NCBI GenBank assembly: GCA_038087875.1
Contig: CM075990.1
Span: 10,976,001-11,040,000 of the forward strand
Reading direction: 5' to 3'
DNA: 64,000 nt
Origin: Malacoraja senta
Lineage: Eukaryota
Part shown: one piece after another, positions 27,713 to 42,458 of the stretch
Position numbering within the stretch: position 1 is the first letter of the stretch
Layout: every line of letters begins with the position of its first letter
Notes under the pieces: model-generated
Told to the model about the DNA's origin: nothing
What the model saw: only the letters and a program-made list of their open reading frames with translations
Databases searched by the model: none
Made by a program: the position numbers and the translations under genes

Positions 27713-29024
27713 TCCCAAGCAACATTCTGATGAATCTCCTCTGAGCCTTCTCCATTGCAATCACTTCCTTGCTATAGTGTACACAATGAAAAAAATCTTT
27801 CCCCCATGTAATGGATTGGTAACCAAACATTTTGTAATGAGGGTAATTTGAGGTTAAAGAGAGAGGAGATTGGAATGTTTGTTAATTCAAAGACGTGATC
27901 AGAAATAAAATGGCTTCAAAAGCAGTGGAAGCAGATCCGTCAGTAATTTTTTTTAACGGATTTGGGGATATGGTTAATCAAGGAAAAACTATACTGACGC
28001 AGAGGAAAGAACAGGGAGTGGAATGAACTGGATAGAGAAAATCTTGCTATTGTGTTTAATGCACAGCAACCAGTGGAAATCGTTCCATGCAGAAACTCTA
28101 GTTCCACATTGAAATGAAGTTTGTGCTGTGATATACAATGAATGCAAATATTAATTGCACATTTAGACTGTGCTCACACTTTGCACTTTCTCGAATGGAA
28201 AGCAAAAAAAGGATTGAATCTGGTTGTGCTCGGCTAAAAACAACAGCACGATTGAACACACTGGCGACATTGATGTGGTTTAGTGTGGCAGTGATGGAAT
28301 GTGCAGATGTTCCATTCTTTTACTGTCAGTATTTTAAATGGAATTACAGCTTTTGAAACCAGACCCAACAGATCCAGGCTTGCCACTCCCACCGACTGAT
28401 GCAAGGTCTGGACACGTGGTGTAAAAAACCGCAAACGAGGCTGATGATGAGTCCCTCCTGACAGACTTGCTTGGACGCATTATCTGCTGACTGCAAAGCT
28501 CAAGATACAACCAGGACTTTCCAGAAAATGAAGAATAGGCTAATAAATAAAGAAAACACACATATACATTGAGGTTTTTCAATTAAGGCTTTCCAGGGGA
28601 CTTAACAGGTCGTGAAGCCATCATTCTTTGGCAGTCTCATAATCAAGGATAATTAGATCCAAGGGAATATATTATCTACACCTGATGAGGCCAATTTGGA
28701 ATTGGCACACATGGCAGCAACTGGTGCATGGACTTGTATTGTTGATCTGGTCCACAATACACTGTGGCTGCCGTGTCTGTATTTTTTTAGTTCTTGCTGC
28801 TGTTGGATGATTTAGAAATGGAACAGCCTTTTGGTCCATCTAATCTTGTCTTCCAGTATCATTGTTATTCATGTTTCCCTTGTGGAGGAAGTTCTTGAAA
28901 TGCTTGTCTATAAATCTAGATTCTGCCAACAGTGGTTCAGAACTTAATTTTGAATATGAATAGTAAATCTTGCTGCTGCTACTGTAGAGCTCATTTACCC
29001 CTAACAACTGGTGATTAATGTCTG

Positions 29025-29630
29025 AGTCATAGAGCACAGAAACAGGCTGTTGGCTCACTAAAGGGCCTGTCCCACTATACGAGTTTACCCAAGAGCTCTC
29101 CCGAGTTTAAAAAAAAATCAAACTCGTGGTAAGTACGTAGAATGTACGTAGCGGGTACGTCGGAGCTCGGGATGTCTCTTAGCAGCTCGTAACACTAACG
29201 GTAGGTACTCAGGGAAACGCGGTAAGCTCGTGAAGTTTTTTCAACATGTTGAAAAATGTCCACGAGAGCCCTGAATACCTACGAGCGGCTATTACTGTAA
29301 TTCTCCGAGTTCGAATCAGGGGAAACTCGGGAGAACTGTTGAATTACCTCGTACAGTGGGACAGGCCCTTAAGTCCCACTGACCATCAAGCACCCATCTA
29401 CATCAATCTATTCTCCCCGCATTCTCATTACCTCCCTCCAGATTCCACCATTCACCTACGCACTTTGGATAATTTAAAATGGCCAATTAACCTCCCAATC
29501 TGCCTCCTTTTGGAATGTGGAGCATTCAGAGGAAACTATGCTGTCACAGGGAGAATGTGCAAAGTCCACACAGAAGTACCAGAGGCCAGGATTCAATGCA
29601 GGTCACTGGAACTGTGGCTACTACTTGTGT
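29025..29630 (-). mobile_element. Old V-SINE hosting a MITE
   Basis: gagcacagaaacaggctgttggctcactaa | gtcccactgaccatcaag is continuous once the MITE is removed; V core at ~29480-29575. Confidence 0.65.
29062..29369. mobile_element. PIF/Harbinger-type MITE
   Basis: TIRs AGGGCCTGTCCCACT / AGTGGGACAGGCCCT; TAA TSD at 29059-61 and 29370-72; same termini as the 21454 element but a different interior. Confidence 0.85.
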
Positions 29631-29849
29631 AACATTGGTCTTCCCCATACTCCTCTTTAGCCACAGATAATGAAGTCGTTTGTGAAGTAGTCATTGTTAT
29701 AATCCAGATAATTTTACATTCTGGGGAATGCAACTATTTACACACAGTATGGTTGCACAAAAATGCAATGGGATAAAGACCTGGTAATTTATTAATGATC
29801 TCTGAAGGAGAGGCATGGTAGGGCAGCTCAGCTGAGGGCAATTAGCATT

Positions 29850-30170
29850 CTGTGCTGTGTGGGAAGTTGCAAACACTTCCAGTGAGTTAGACGATCACCC
29901 TCAGTCCGATGAAGGGTCTCGACCCGAAACATCATCTATTACTTTTCTCCAGAAACATCATCTATTCCTTTTTTCCAGAGATGCTGCCTATCCCACTGAG
30001 TTACTCCAGGATTTTGTGTCCATCTTCGGTGAGTTGGACAACTGGGTATGCAGAAAGTGTCTCCATTTGCAGCAGCTTCAACTCCAGGTTTCAGAGCTGG
30101 AGAGATAGCTGGAGACAGCGTGGTGCATCCACAAGATTGAGTATTTTGTTGACACCATGTTGCAGCAGTT
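29850..30170 (+). mobile_element. CR1 ORF1 zinc-finger/leucine-zipper remnant interrupted by a PLE-tail insertion
   Basis: WEVANTSSELD / NWVCRKCLHLQQLQLQVSELER; insertion ~29893-30023 flanked by cttccagtgagttagac and cttcggtgagttggac. Confidence 0.7.
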
Positions 30171-30719
30171 TGGGAGGAGATATTCATTGCAAATGGAATT
30201 TACAAATCACCACCAAAAAAAATGAGATTCAAAATAAAAATGTGCTTTGTATCAATAAATTATTATATAAATAATTATATTTGCCATAATGAAATTGGGA
30301 CATTGGCCAAACGCAGGCAAATTATACTAGGTTAGATGGGGCATCTTGGTTGCCATGGACGAATTGGGCCCAAAGGCCTGTTTCCATGCTGTATCTCTAT
30401 GAATCTAATAAAAATGTGCTCTTATGGAATTTATGTTGGAAAAAGTAACTCAATAAACATGAAACACAAAAGTAACAACAAAGTTAGTCAAGAGAAATAC
30501 AGATGCTGGAATTTTAGGCAAAATGCAAACTGTTGGGGTAGTCAACAGATTGGACAACGCGTGTGGAAGGAAACAGACAGAGAGATGTGTCGGGGTGGGA
30601 CCCATCTTTAGATTGATGTTGTTCGCTTTATGGAAAGTGATAATACCGAGAATCTTCTGGGAATGAAACGACCTTGTAATTCGGGAATATACAGAGGTGT
30701 GTTTGGGAAGTGGTAAGGC

Positions 30720-33360
30720 TACAGCTTAAGGATCTGCTGATGGAGAGGGAATGGGTGAATGTCAGGCAGCTAATCCAGGGCTCGTGTAAGACCATTTCAT
30801 TCCTGAAATTTCCCTATTTGGATGCTGGGTGAGGGTGCTGGCGGCTCCGGGGAGTGCAGTCAGGGTAGGGAGCATGCTGTCATGAATAGCTCTGCAGCAC
30901 AGCGGTGATGGAAAAAGAGTGAGAGGGAAATAGTGATAGAGAATGCAGTGGTTAAGGAGAAGGCAGGCAGTGACTGTACATTTTGAACACAGATATTGCT
31001 TGTTTGTATCAGTGTCCGAGGTAGAACGTGAAATGACTCCTGCAAGTAGATTTTAGTGAACTTGGAAAGAAGTTAAAAAGCATGAACTCAAAGCGAGTAA
31101 ACAGAGGACTGGGTGTCAATGAGCACAGAGTGAGAGAAGAGTACGAGAAATGAATGTATGGCTGGAGAGATGGTGGAGGTCAGAGGAAAAGTTTTTTTAA
31201 TATCAGTGACTCAGAGAGTATTTCTGAGGTTGTCCGGACCTATTGATGCTGGGTGGGTTGCACTCAGACCAATATGCTTCTCTTTGTACTTTTGGTGGAG
31301 GGTTTAAAACAGTGGGGAACAATGAGTGGAGTCGGGAGGGAGAGAAACAAAGTTGCAAGTGGAAGTTAGAAATATAGGGCATTGTATAATGAGGAATTTA
31401 GAGATGCATGGAACAGATGTCATGCAATGATCCTGGAGACTTTAAACTACATACAGGCTGGGAAAATCACATTAATAGTAATCTGACAGAGGATAAATTC
31501 TTTGAATGATGGATTTCTATACCAGCATGCTCGGGAAACCACAAGGGAACAGGTTATTTTGGATCTAGCACTGTGTAATATTGAATCCTATTGTTAGTAA
31601 GGAATCTCCAGGATACAGTAACCCACAATATAATGGAAAATTACACTTTAAAAAAATAATGAAACTTTATTTGAAACCAAGATTGTCCATCTAAACAAAG
31701 ATAATTATGAAGCCTTGAGAGGCAGGTTGGTTGGGGGATATTTGGAAACTACTTTCAAGAGGTATAATTGAGGACATTGAGGCTGTTAAGAAAAAAATAT
31801 ATGACTTGCAACAAATATACACTTTTTAAGGCACAAAAGCACAAGTGAATTGTGGTGGAACCATACATTAGCGGAGAAAGTAAAGATATTAAATTGCTCT
31901 ATGAAGTTGCGAGATAAAGCAGAAAGCCTAATGATTGCAAGGGTTTTGGAAATCAGCAAAAGATGCACAAGAAATTGATGAAGCGAGGGGAAGAAAGAAT
32001 GTGAGAGCAAACTAGTGAGAAATATAAAAAGATTGTAATAGCTTCAATCGATATGTAAAAAGTGAGGGCAAATTTGTATCCTAGACACAGAAATACAGGA
32101 GAGTTTATGATAAGAAAGAATGAAATGATAAGAATTTAAGCAAATACTTTCTTCTCAGCTGGAGACACAAATAAATCTTCCAAAACTACTGGAGAATTAA
32201 TAGTCCATTGTAAATGAGGAAATAATAAAATGCTTAAACCTTCGGACCCAATGATCTATTTCCGAGATTTGAAAGATATGGGATAATAGATACTCCAGTT
32301 ATTATCTTCCAAAGTTATATAGATTTTGAAATGGTTGGAAAATATTGGACGGTGGTAAATGTGACCCTGCAATTAAAGAAAGGAGGGGGAGTATATAGAG
32401 GACTATTCACTTATTAAATGCCATCAGTACCAAAATTTATAATAAAGGATAAACTAAGTCACATAGAAAATAATATAATTGAGTGGAGTCAACATGAATT
32501 TCTAAAAGGGAAATTATTTTTGATTAATCAATTCTTTGATGATGGATAAAGAGGAACTAGTGGATCTAGTATATTTAAACTGAGATTAAGAAATGCAAGA
32601 GAATAGAAAGAGAGTCTGTAAAGAAATAGAAGAAGGTTTAGTGAGTGGGCAAAGATATAGCAGAAGGAATATGTGAGAAATTGTGAGTACTTGCTTTGAT
32701 CGGGGTAATTGAAAGGTTGAGTATTTAAAAGGCACAAAAGAATTTGGATGACCTTGTGCATGAAAATCAGAAAGTGCCAGTGCAGCAAATAATTAGGAAG
32801 ACAAATGAAGTGTTGATCTTTATTCCAAGATGTATAAAGTATAACAAATGGGAAGTCTACTTCACTGACACAATATGAGACCACACCTGGGGTGTTGTGA
32901 ATAATTTTAGCCTTATTTAAGTTGGGAAATAATTAAACTGCGAAGTGGTATTTCACCGGTTTGATTCTTGAGATAAACAATTGCGTTTGGAGAAAGAGAT
33001 GAGCAGGTAGGACCTATTTCTATTGGAGTTTAGAAGAATAAAAACAATTTTATTGATACATGTAAGATTCCTCATGGGTATGACTGAATTGGCTGCTAAG
33101 AGGAAGTTTATCTGGAACAAAGGCATAGTTCAAAATGTGGGGTGATCCATTGGAATGGAGGAGAGGATGATTTTGTTTTCTCTCAAAGTGAGCCTTTGCA
33201 TTTTTCTACCACACAGAGGAATCTAATTTCTCTACCGCACACAACTTTCTCAACCACAAAGGCCGAGTCAATAAATACATTGAACTCTAAGATAGATAGA
33301 TATTTGGACAATGGGATAAGAAGATCGGGAAGGAAAGTGGAACTAAGATCAAGAGAAGAT
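30720..33360 (+). mobile_element. Highly decayed long CR1 (ORF1 remnants to ORF2 3' end)
   Basis: Colinear degenerate matches to the young CR1 (ggtaaatgtgaccctgcaattaaagaaaggagggg; gagtcaacatgaatttctaaaagggaaa; tgagaccacacctgggg). Confidence 0.7.
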
Positions 33361-33852
33361 CAGTTGCGACACAATTTAATTGCTATTGCCTGTACTCTTG
33401 CTATTTCCCATGCTTGCTTTTTCAAAACAGTGTATTAGATATCTTAGACATTTGTTTGCCCGGAGCGATAGTTAAAGCAGGTCCAATAACATTGTCAGTG
33501 GGGGATCAAAAATATACATGAAAAGGAAAAGGAGGGAAAATAGTATGTGAGATAACTCCTTTAAAAGGCCAACTTAGGCATAATGGGCCAAATGGTCTCT
33601 TTCAATGCTATATACAGTATGTCATAATGCATATAAATTATGCAGAGACATCAATATTTAATTGAATGTACATTTTATAGTTGATAGCTATTCTCCTCCA
33701 GGCCAGCAGGGGTCACATACTTTTGGGGACATACAGTGTTACTGTATTGATCATTGGTAGTCACCATTTTGAATTGATTTTATCTGCACTTTCTCTGTAG
33801 CTGTAATACTAAATTCTACTCATTTTATTTTCTCATTTACGCTACCCTATGT

Positions 33853-34250
33853 ACTATCTCCTCTGGCAGCTTGTTCCATACATCAACTACCCTTTGTGTG
33901 AAAAGGTTACCCCTCAGATTCCTATTAAATCTTTTCCCCTTCATCTTATACCTATGTCCTCTGGGTCTTGATTCATTTTGGAGGGCTAGAGACTGTGTGC
34001 ATCTACCCGACCTATTCCTCTCATGATTTTATACACCTCGGTAAGACCACCTCTCATCCTTCTGCGCTCCAAGGGAGGGCCTACTCAACCTCTCCCTAAA
34101 GCACAAACCCTTTAGTCCTGGCAACATCCTCATAAATCTTCTCCGTACCTTTTCCAGCTTGACAACATCTTTCCTATATCATGGTGCCCAGAGCTGAACA
34201 CATTACTCTAAATGCGGTCTCACAAACATCTTATACAACTGCAACATGCA
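33853..34250 (-). mobile_element. CR1 (HER1-like) 3' ORF2 fragment
   Basis: Antisense match to RPHLE...QLWAP and the RGHR.K.K region. Confidence 0.75.
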
Positions 34251-37200
34251 ACTACAACTACCTCTTTGTGCAAAGAACCCCTTCCAATTGACAGTGATTT
34301 ATCTAAAAAGGCAAATTTTTTTATTTTGTCAGCTTTGCGGGAGGATTAAATCACTGAATTCTGAATTACTGAACTCAAAATAAGATGAAGTCCAAAGTCT
34401 TAACAAAATATCTTGGAAGAAACTTCAAAGAAAGGAACATAAGGTCTCCCTTTGTGCACTTTCGTAAAGATTAATCCAATTGTCGTTGTCCAGAATGGGG
34501 TGGGCATCAGAAGTAGATTTTACTTTGACAATGCCACAAAATCAGAGGCAATAAAACAGAAGTGTATTATTGCAGACTAATGTATAGTCTGCGCCGTATT
34601 TTAAGGGATTGAGCAATGGATTAACTTATGGGAAGATTACTCCCGCACTGACAGATTGAACAAAAGCAAATTACCGAGTATTATTTATGAGAAACACTGA
34701 GATGAAAGTGTTCTTTTGATACCGATGGATGTAGTCAATGACGGAACTGTGCCAAATATTTTATCCCTCTTTCCATTGCTCTTCATCACACCCTTGTTCA
34801 GTTTATCCGTTGGGCTGGATTGTGTTGATGCAGCCTACTACTCAACTGGGCCAGAAGCAAAGGGTCAGTTGATTGACCGGAACATCTGGTGAGGTATAAC
34901 AGGCCCAGACCAGTGTGCTGCAGTCTCAGGAACATCCTAACAGGAGGCAAAGCTGAGGTTGGAACTCCTGTCAAAATGTTCTGTTTTTAGATTTAATTAA
35001 ACAGAGAAATTAAACAAATATTGAGATTTCTGTAAATAATTGAAGAATTAAAAAATATTTTAAAAAAAATTAAAAGTAGGTTAAAATACCAGGAAGATTT
35101 TTTTAAAGAAAGGAAATAAATATATAAACAGTCCTTTTTCTTCTTGATCTCTAAATCATGAATCCCATTTCAAAAGAATGGATTCCCAATCCTAAACAAT
35201 CTAACTGGAGTGGGATTGTAGGGTGGATCCCCTGAATATTGCTTAGGATTCAGAGCCAGATGAGGCTCGACCTGCAAACTCTATTTGGGGGATAGTGATG
35301 GATGCAGATGGATTTGTCTTCCAGATGCCCAGACTTGTAGTGTCCGCGTGAGGTGCAAATTTAATTACTTAGGTGTAGCTGAATGCTGGCAATTCCTTTG
35401 GAACTGCTGACCATAACAAGATTGATTGTAAAATGGCAAAGGCCGTATACTGAAATATTCAATTATACTTTATTGTCACATGTACCTAGGTACCGTGCAA
35501 TGTTTTGTTTTGCATACAACCTGGCAAAATCACATAGCAGACCTCACCTAGGCAGAACACGTGTCACCACGTTTCTGATGCCGACAAAGTTACAAAAGTT
35601 CACTGAACAGTCCACAGATATGAATATGGTTTGGCTGCATGCAGTGATGTCCAATATATTAGGTTAATTAAGAATCTAGATGTCGTTATGCAAACTTAGA
35701 ATTTTCAAACATGCTTTTTGATCTACCTATCTCTATATCTTTCTCCAGTATCACAACCTTTTGAGATATCTGCACTCCTCCAATTCTAGCTCTTTGGTCA
35801 TCCCCAAAGTTAATACCTCAACGACTGTTGGCTGCACCTTCAACTACCTGTTCTCGAATCATATCAACCTCTCCCTGTACATCTCTACCACATTTCCTCT
35901 TTTAAGATGCTCCTCAAAACCTAATCTTTGGCCAAGCTTTTGGTTACCTACCTTAAGGTCCCTTTGTTTTTCAGTGTCAAATTCTGCATGATAATTCTTC
36001 TGTGAATGGGATGGTATTCTATAGATGAGAGATGTTGCTGCTGTTGCTATTTGGAAGTCGAGATATGGCTAACTATATTTTCCCTTGGTAAGTAAAAGCT
36101 GAGTAAGAGACCCGATTGTTGTCCCTGTCATTCCAATAATCAAATTTGCATGACATGTAAAGATGAACTTTGACCCTTTTTTGTGAATGTGTTGATAAGA
36201 GGCTAAGACCTAAGTGTGAGTGCTTTAACTGTGTGTTTTATTGCCTCAGTTACTGAATGATAGCAGATGCTTCTTTACTGAATACATATACACAGGAGGG
36301 ATATTTACCTGTCAGGCGTGGAAGATGATTCCTACCAAAAATGTATGTGTTAGACTACAACAGTGTCCCTATACGTGGTTATACTATATTTTCAACTGAA
36401 TTAAAGTTCAACCACTACCTTCAAGATGCTCCCAGTAGATAGACCAAGCCTAGAATGATCATTTTATAACCTGTTGGCCAGTATTTTGGTTAATGGAGGC
36501 ACAGATTATCTCAATCAAATTTAATGTCATACTTAGATAGAGACAAAAAGCTGGAGTAACTCAGCGGGACAGGCAGCATCTCCGAAGAGAAGGAATGGGT
36601 GATGTTTCGGGTCGAGACCCTTCTTCAGACTAGTATTAATGTAATACTTCCTGGAAATTCATCTTCTGGTTTCCAGAGCAATGACATTCTGCCACCTACT
36701 GGACAAATCTGCCAGTCTCCTTTCCATCAAAGTACAAGAGGAATTTGAAATGCCTAATGGGTCTGCATCAGCATTATGAATCACAGGAACCTCCTCTGGA
36801 ATTACTTAATCTAACCCCATCAACAGAACCCTTATGTTCCTTTCTTGCTCATCTGTTTGTTTCGGGATCCCTTCAAGGTATTAGATTAAAGACAAAAATG
36901 AAAGATCACGGATTCTGAAAATCCAAATAAACCCCAAAATATTAAGAAACATTAGGACAGCAAGCATATTTGGAGAGAGAAACAGTAATTCATTGCCACA
37001 GATGGATGTGGAGGTCAAAATATTAGGTAATTTTAAGGCAGAGATTGATAGGTTCTTAATTAGGAAGGGCATCAAAGGCTATGGGGGAGAAGGCACGTGA
37101 ATGGGATTGAGCGGGATAAATAAATCAGCTCAGGCAGCATCTCAAAAGGACATGGATTTGCGATGTTTCGGGTTGGGACCATTTTTCCAACCGGTGACCT

Positions 37201-37494
37201 TTCGGATCGGGACCTTTCTGACCCATTGCCTAACTGTGTTCTCTTGAGATGCTGCCTGACCTGCTGAACTACTTCAGCACTCCATGTCTTCTTTTATGAA
37301 CCAGCATCTGCAGTTCACCCCAATCATTCACTCTATACCCCTCCCCTGACAGGTAGAAAATACAAAATCTGAAAGCACCTAACACCAGACTCAGGAACAG
37401 CTTCTTTGAGTCTGTTATCTGACTACAGAACAGTCCTCCCATGAATTAGGGGGCTTTCTCGAACATCTTGCCTACTATCATGCACAAATGAAAC

Positions 37495-38309
37495 TGAATG
37501 AATTAATACGTTTATTGGCCATGTATGTACACATACAAGGAATTTGCTTTGGTGCTCCGCTCGCAAGTAACAACACGACATATAGTAAACCATTAAGAAT
37601 AAAACATTAAACATTAAAACATTAAGAATAAAACGTTATAGTTTAAACATGTGAATGAAATGAAATACCAGATCAAAAGAAGGCTACAGACTTTTGGTTA
37701 TTGAGTAGAGCTACTGCTCATGGAAAAAAAGCTGTTTTTATGTCTGGCGGCTTTGACGGTCCGGAGTTGCCTTCCAGAGGGAAGTGCTTCAGGGTGAGAG
37801 GGGTCAGAGATGATCTTACCCACTCGCTTCCTAGTTGCAGCCAACAACCTTCTCAGCTGATCAAACAATTCGCTGCAGCCTCCGGATGTCATGCTTGGTG
37901 GCTGAGCCAAACCAGACCATGATGGTGAAGGTGAGGACAGAATCTACGATGGCAGTATAGAATTGGACCATCATTGCCTGGGGCAGATTGTGTTTCCTCA
38001 GCTGCCGCAGGAAGTACATCCTCTGTTGGGCCTTTTTGACTGTGGAGTCGATGGTGGCCCCCCATTTAAGGATCTTGGAAATGATGGTTCAAAGGAACTT
38101 AAAGGACTCCACAGATGTGACTGTGGTGTTGTTGGTGGTGAGTGGGGGGAGGGGAGGGGGGCTTTCCTAAAGTCTACTATCAATTCCACTGTCTTAAGAG
38201 CATTGAGCTCCAGGTTGTTCCGAAGGCACCAGGACGCCAGCTTTGTTACTTCTTGTCTGTAGGCAGATTCTTCCCCATCCTGGATCAGTCCAATCAGGGT
38301 TGTGTCGTC
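37495..38309 (-). mobile_element. Rex1/Babar LINE 3' fragment
   Basis: ADDTTLIGLIQDGEESAYRQEVTKLASWCLRNNLELNALKTVELIVDFRK; DPSHP..LPSGRQLR..ARHKNSFF; (attc)n tail. Confidence 0.85.
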
Positions 38310-39057
38310 CGCTAACTGTAACACTACAAAGCTGTAAAACTATATTTTGCACTTTTATATTTTTCTCTGCTGTACTTGTGTGTATAAGCTTGATTGTACT
38401 CATGTACAGTATGATCTTATTTAATTGGAAGGCATACAAGTAAAACCATTTCAATATATCTTGGTACATGTGACAATAATAAACCAATGCCTGATAAATA
38501 GGGACTTCCTGGGTTTTGACCTGGTAACAAAGGTGGAACAGGGAAATGTATATATATATAAGTGACAATGTTATATGCCATGGGATTTTTATCTATCCTA
38601 TAAAATTCTTGTGTTGAATCCACAGTTGATTCTTCTATTGTGCGGTGCCAATTTTGAACCTCTGGCTATCACATGCTTCATATTTTTATTGTATTAAATA
38701 GGTTAGTAGCAGCCAACATCAATCCATTCACTTTCTCTTTATTGTTGTATGCTGATTACACTAATTTAATTATTCATTCAGTCGCTAAATGATTCGATAC
38801 ATTTTGTTAACTCTGATTGTATTATAAATCTGTATTGAAATACAAGCAACATTGGTTTGGTGTCTCGGGTACATGTTCTTTATTATTGAATGCTTTGACA
38901 GTGAATGCAAGTGTGATTGTACACTCGCCAGTTGTCAAATAATTAAGAAAACTCCAAAGAAATTATTTTCCATTCATGTACCATCTTTCACGATTTTACA
39001 ATGTTCTAAGTTGCTTTGCACCCAATTAAATAACCAATTAATAAACTTATCATATCA

Positions 39058-39370
39058 GGGAGGCACGGTGGTGCAGCGGTAGAGTTGCTGCCTTACAGTG
39101 CTGGAGACCTGGGTTCGATCCTGACTATGGGTGCTGTCTGTACAGGGTTTGTACGTTCGCCCTGTGACCGCAAGGGTTTTCTGCGGGTGCTCCTGTTTCC
39201 CATCACATTCCAAAGACGTGCAGGTTTGTAGGTGAACTGGCTTTGGTAAGATTGTAAAATTGTCCCTAGTGTGTAGCATAGTGCTTGTGCACGGGGATCG
39301 CTGGTTGGCATGGACTTGGTGGGTCAAAGAGCCTGTTTCCGCGCTGTATTGCTGTATCTCAAACTACAAA
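39058..39370 (+). mobile_element. HE1-type V-SINE, full length
   Basis: A box tggtgcagcgg, B box ggttcgatcc, V core, tail aagagcctgtttccgcgctgtat. Confidence 0.9.
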
Positions 39371-39389
39371 ATAAAAAAAAACTGTTACT

Positions 39390-42300
39390 ATAATAAACAG
39401 AGAATAAGAGGTGGTGGGGTTCTTAAATGTGTGAGCAGAGAAACAGAGGGGTGTAAAATGCGGGCGGTAGCAAAAGGTGAAAAGTAAAAGTGGGAGGCAG
39501 ACAAATCCAGGGCAAAAATCAAAAAGGGCCACTTTTCAACATAATTGTATAAGGGGTAAGAGCGTTGTAAAAACAAGCCTGAAGGCTTTGTGTCTCAATG
39601 CAAGGAGCATTCGTAATAAGGTGGATTAGTTGAACGTGCAGATAGCTATTAATGATCATGATATAGTTGGGATCACGGAGACATGGCTCCAGGGTGACCA
39701 AGGCTGGGAGCTGAACATCCAGGGATATTCAATATTCAGGAGGGATAGAGAGAAAGGAAAAGGAGGTGGGGTAGCGTTGCTGGTTAGAGAGGAGATTAAC
39801 GCAGTGGAAAGGAAGGACATTAACTTGGAGGATGTGGAATCGGTATGGGTAGAGCTGCAAAACACTAAGGGGCAGAAAACGCTGGTGGGTGTTGTGTACA
39901 GGCCACTTAGCGGTAGTAGTGAAGTTGGGGATGGCATCAAACAGGAAATTATAAATGCGTGCAACAAAGGCACAACAGTTATAATGGGTGACTTCAATCT
40001 ACATATAGATTGGGTGAATCAAATTGGCAGGGGTGCTGAGGAAGAGGATATCTTGGAATGTATGCGGGATAGTTATCTAAACCAACATGTAGAGGAACCA
40101 ACGAGAGAGCAGGCTATTCTAGACTGGGTATTGAGTAATGAGGAAGGGTTAGTTAGCAGTCTTGTGCGTGCCCCCTTGGGCAAGAGTGACCATAATATGG
40201 TTGAGTTCTTCATTAGGATGGAGAGACATTGTTAATTCAGAAACAACGGTTCTGAACTTAAAGAAAGGTAACTTTGAGGGTATGAGACGTGAATTGGCCA
40301 AGATTGACTGGCAATAAGTTCTAAAAGGGTTGACGGTGGATATGCAATGGAAGGCATTTAAAGACTGCACGGATGAACTACAAAAATTGTTCATCCCAGT
40401 TTGGCAAAAGAATCAATCAGGGAAGGTAGTGCATCCGTGGATAACAAGGGAAATCAGGGATAGTATCAAAGCAAAGGATGATGCGTACAAATTAGCCCGA
40501 AAAAGCAGCATACCAGAGGACTGGGAGAAATTCAGAGACCAGCAGAGGAGGACAAAGGGCTCAATTAGGAAAGGGAAAATAGATTATGAAAGAAAACTGG
40601 CAGGGAACATAAAAACTGACTGCAAAAGTTTTTATAGATATGTGAAGAGGAAGAGATTAGTTAAAACAAGTGTAGGTCCCTTGCAGTCAGAAACGGGTGA
40701 ATTGATCATGGGGAACAAGGATATGGCGGACCAATTGAATAACTACTTTGGTTCCGTCTTCACTAAGGAAGACATAAATAATCTGCCAGAAATAGCAGGG
40801 GACCGCGGGTCAAAGGAGATGGAGGAACTGAGTGAAATCCAGGTTAGTCGGGAAGTGGTGTTGGGTAAATTGAATAGATTAAAGGCCGATAAATCACCAG
40901 GGCCAGATAGGCTGCATCCCAGAGTACTTAAGGAAGTAGCTCCAGAAATAGTGGATGCATTAGTGATAATTTTTCAAAACTCTTTAGATTCTGGAGTAGT
41001 TCCTGAGGATTGGAGGGTAGCAAACGTAACCCCACTTTTTAAGAAGGGAGGGAGAGAGAAAACGGGAAATTACAGACCAGTTAGTCTAACATCGGTAGTG
41101 GGGAAACTGCTAGAGCCAGTTATTAAAGATGGGATAGCAGCACATTTGGAAAGTGGTGAAATCATTGGACAAAGTCAGCATGGATTTACGAAAGGTAAAT
41201 CATGTCTGACGAATCTTATAGAATTTTTTGAGGATGTAACTAGTAGAGTGGATAGGGGAGAACCAATGGATGTGTTGCATCTGGATTTTCAGAAGGCTTT
41301 CGACAAGGTCCCACATAAGAGATTAGTATACAAATGTAAAGCACACGGTATTGGGGGTTCAGTATTGATGTGGATAGAGAACTGGCTGGCAAACAGGAAG
41401 CAAATAGTAGGAGTAAACGGGTCCTTTTCACAATGGCAGGCAGTGACTAGTGGGGTACCGCAAGGCTCAGTGCTGGGACCCCAGCTATTTACAATTTATA
41501 CTAATGATCTGCATGAGGGAATTGAAGGCAACATCTCCAAGTTTGCGGATGACACTAAGCTGGGGGGCAGTGTTAGCTGTGAGGAGGATGCTAGGAGACT
41601 GCAAGGTGACTTGGATAGGCTGGGTGAGTGGGCAAATGTTTGGCAGATGCAGTATAATGTGGATAAATGTGAGGTTATCCACTTTGGTGGCAAAAACAGG
41701 AAAGCAGACTATTATCTAAATGGTGGCCGATTAGGAAAAGGGGAGATGCAGCGAGACCTGGGTGTCATGGTACACCAGTCATTGAAAGTAGGCATGCAGG
41801 TGCAGCAGGCAGTGAAGAAAGCGAATGGTATGTTAGCTTTCATAGCAAAAGGATTTGAGTATAGGAGCAGGGAGGTTCTACTGCAGTTGTACAGGGTCTT
41901 GGTGAGACCACACCTGGAGTATTGCGTACAGTTTTGGTCTCCAAATCTGAGGAAGGACATTATAGCCATAGAGGGAGTGCAGAGAAGGCTCACCAAACTG
42001 ATTCCTGGGATGTCAGGACTTTCATATGAAGAAAGACTGGATAGACTTGGCTTATACGTGCTAGAATTTAGGAGATTGAGAGGGGATCTTTTAGAAACGT
42101 ACAAAATTCGAATGGGGTTGGACAGGCAAGATGCAGGAAGATTGTTCCCGATGTTGGGGAAGTCCAGGACAAGGGGTCACAGCTTAAGGATAAGGGGGAA
42201 ATCCTTTAAGACCGAGATGAGAAAACAGTTTTTCACACAGAGAGTGGTGAATCTCTGGAACTCTCTGCCACAGAGGGTAGTTGAGGCCAGTTCATTGGCT

Positions 42301-42458
42301 ATATTTAAGAGGGAGTTAGATGTGGCCCTTGTGGCTAAAGGGATCAGGGGGTATGGAGAGAAGGTAGGTACGGGATACTGAGTTGGATGATCAGCCATGA
42401 TCATATTGAATGGCGGTGCAGGCTCTACTCCTGCACCTATTTTCTATGTATGTATCTA
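39390..42458 (+). mobile_element. Young 5'-truncated CR1 LINE with almost complete ORF2
   Basis: APE endonuclease and RT domains, CR1 3' UTR and (ctatgt)-type tail. Confidence 0.95.
39570..42381 (+). pseudogene. CR1 ORF2 (APE endonuclease + reverse transcriptase), disrupted
   Basis: LNARS, GITETW, MGDFN, SDHN, then a 683-aa open RT segment (NYRPVSL, LDFQKAFDKV, GVPQGSVLGP, FADD); lesions: TAG ~39627, frameshift ~40225, TAA ~40315. Confidence 0.93.

Noticed and set aside
39058..39130. tRNA gene
   Set aside because: A/B boxes belong to the V-SINE head; no full cloverleaf or terminator.
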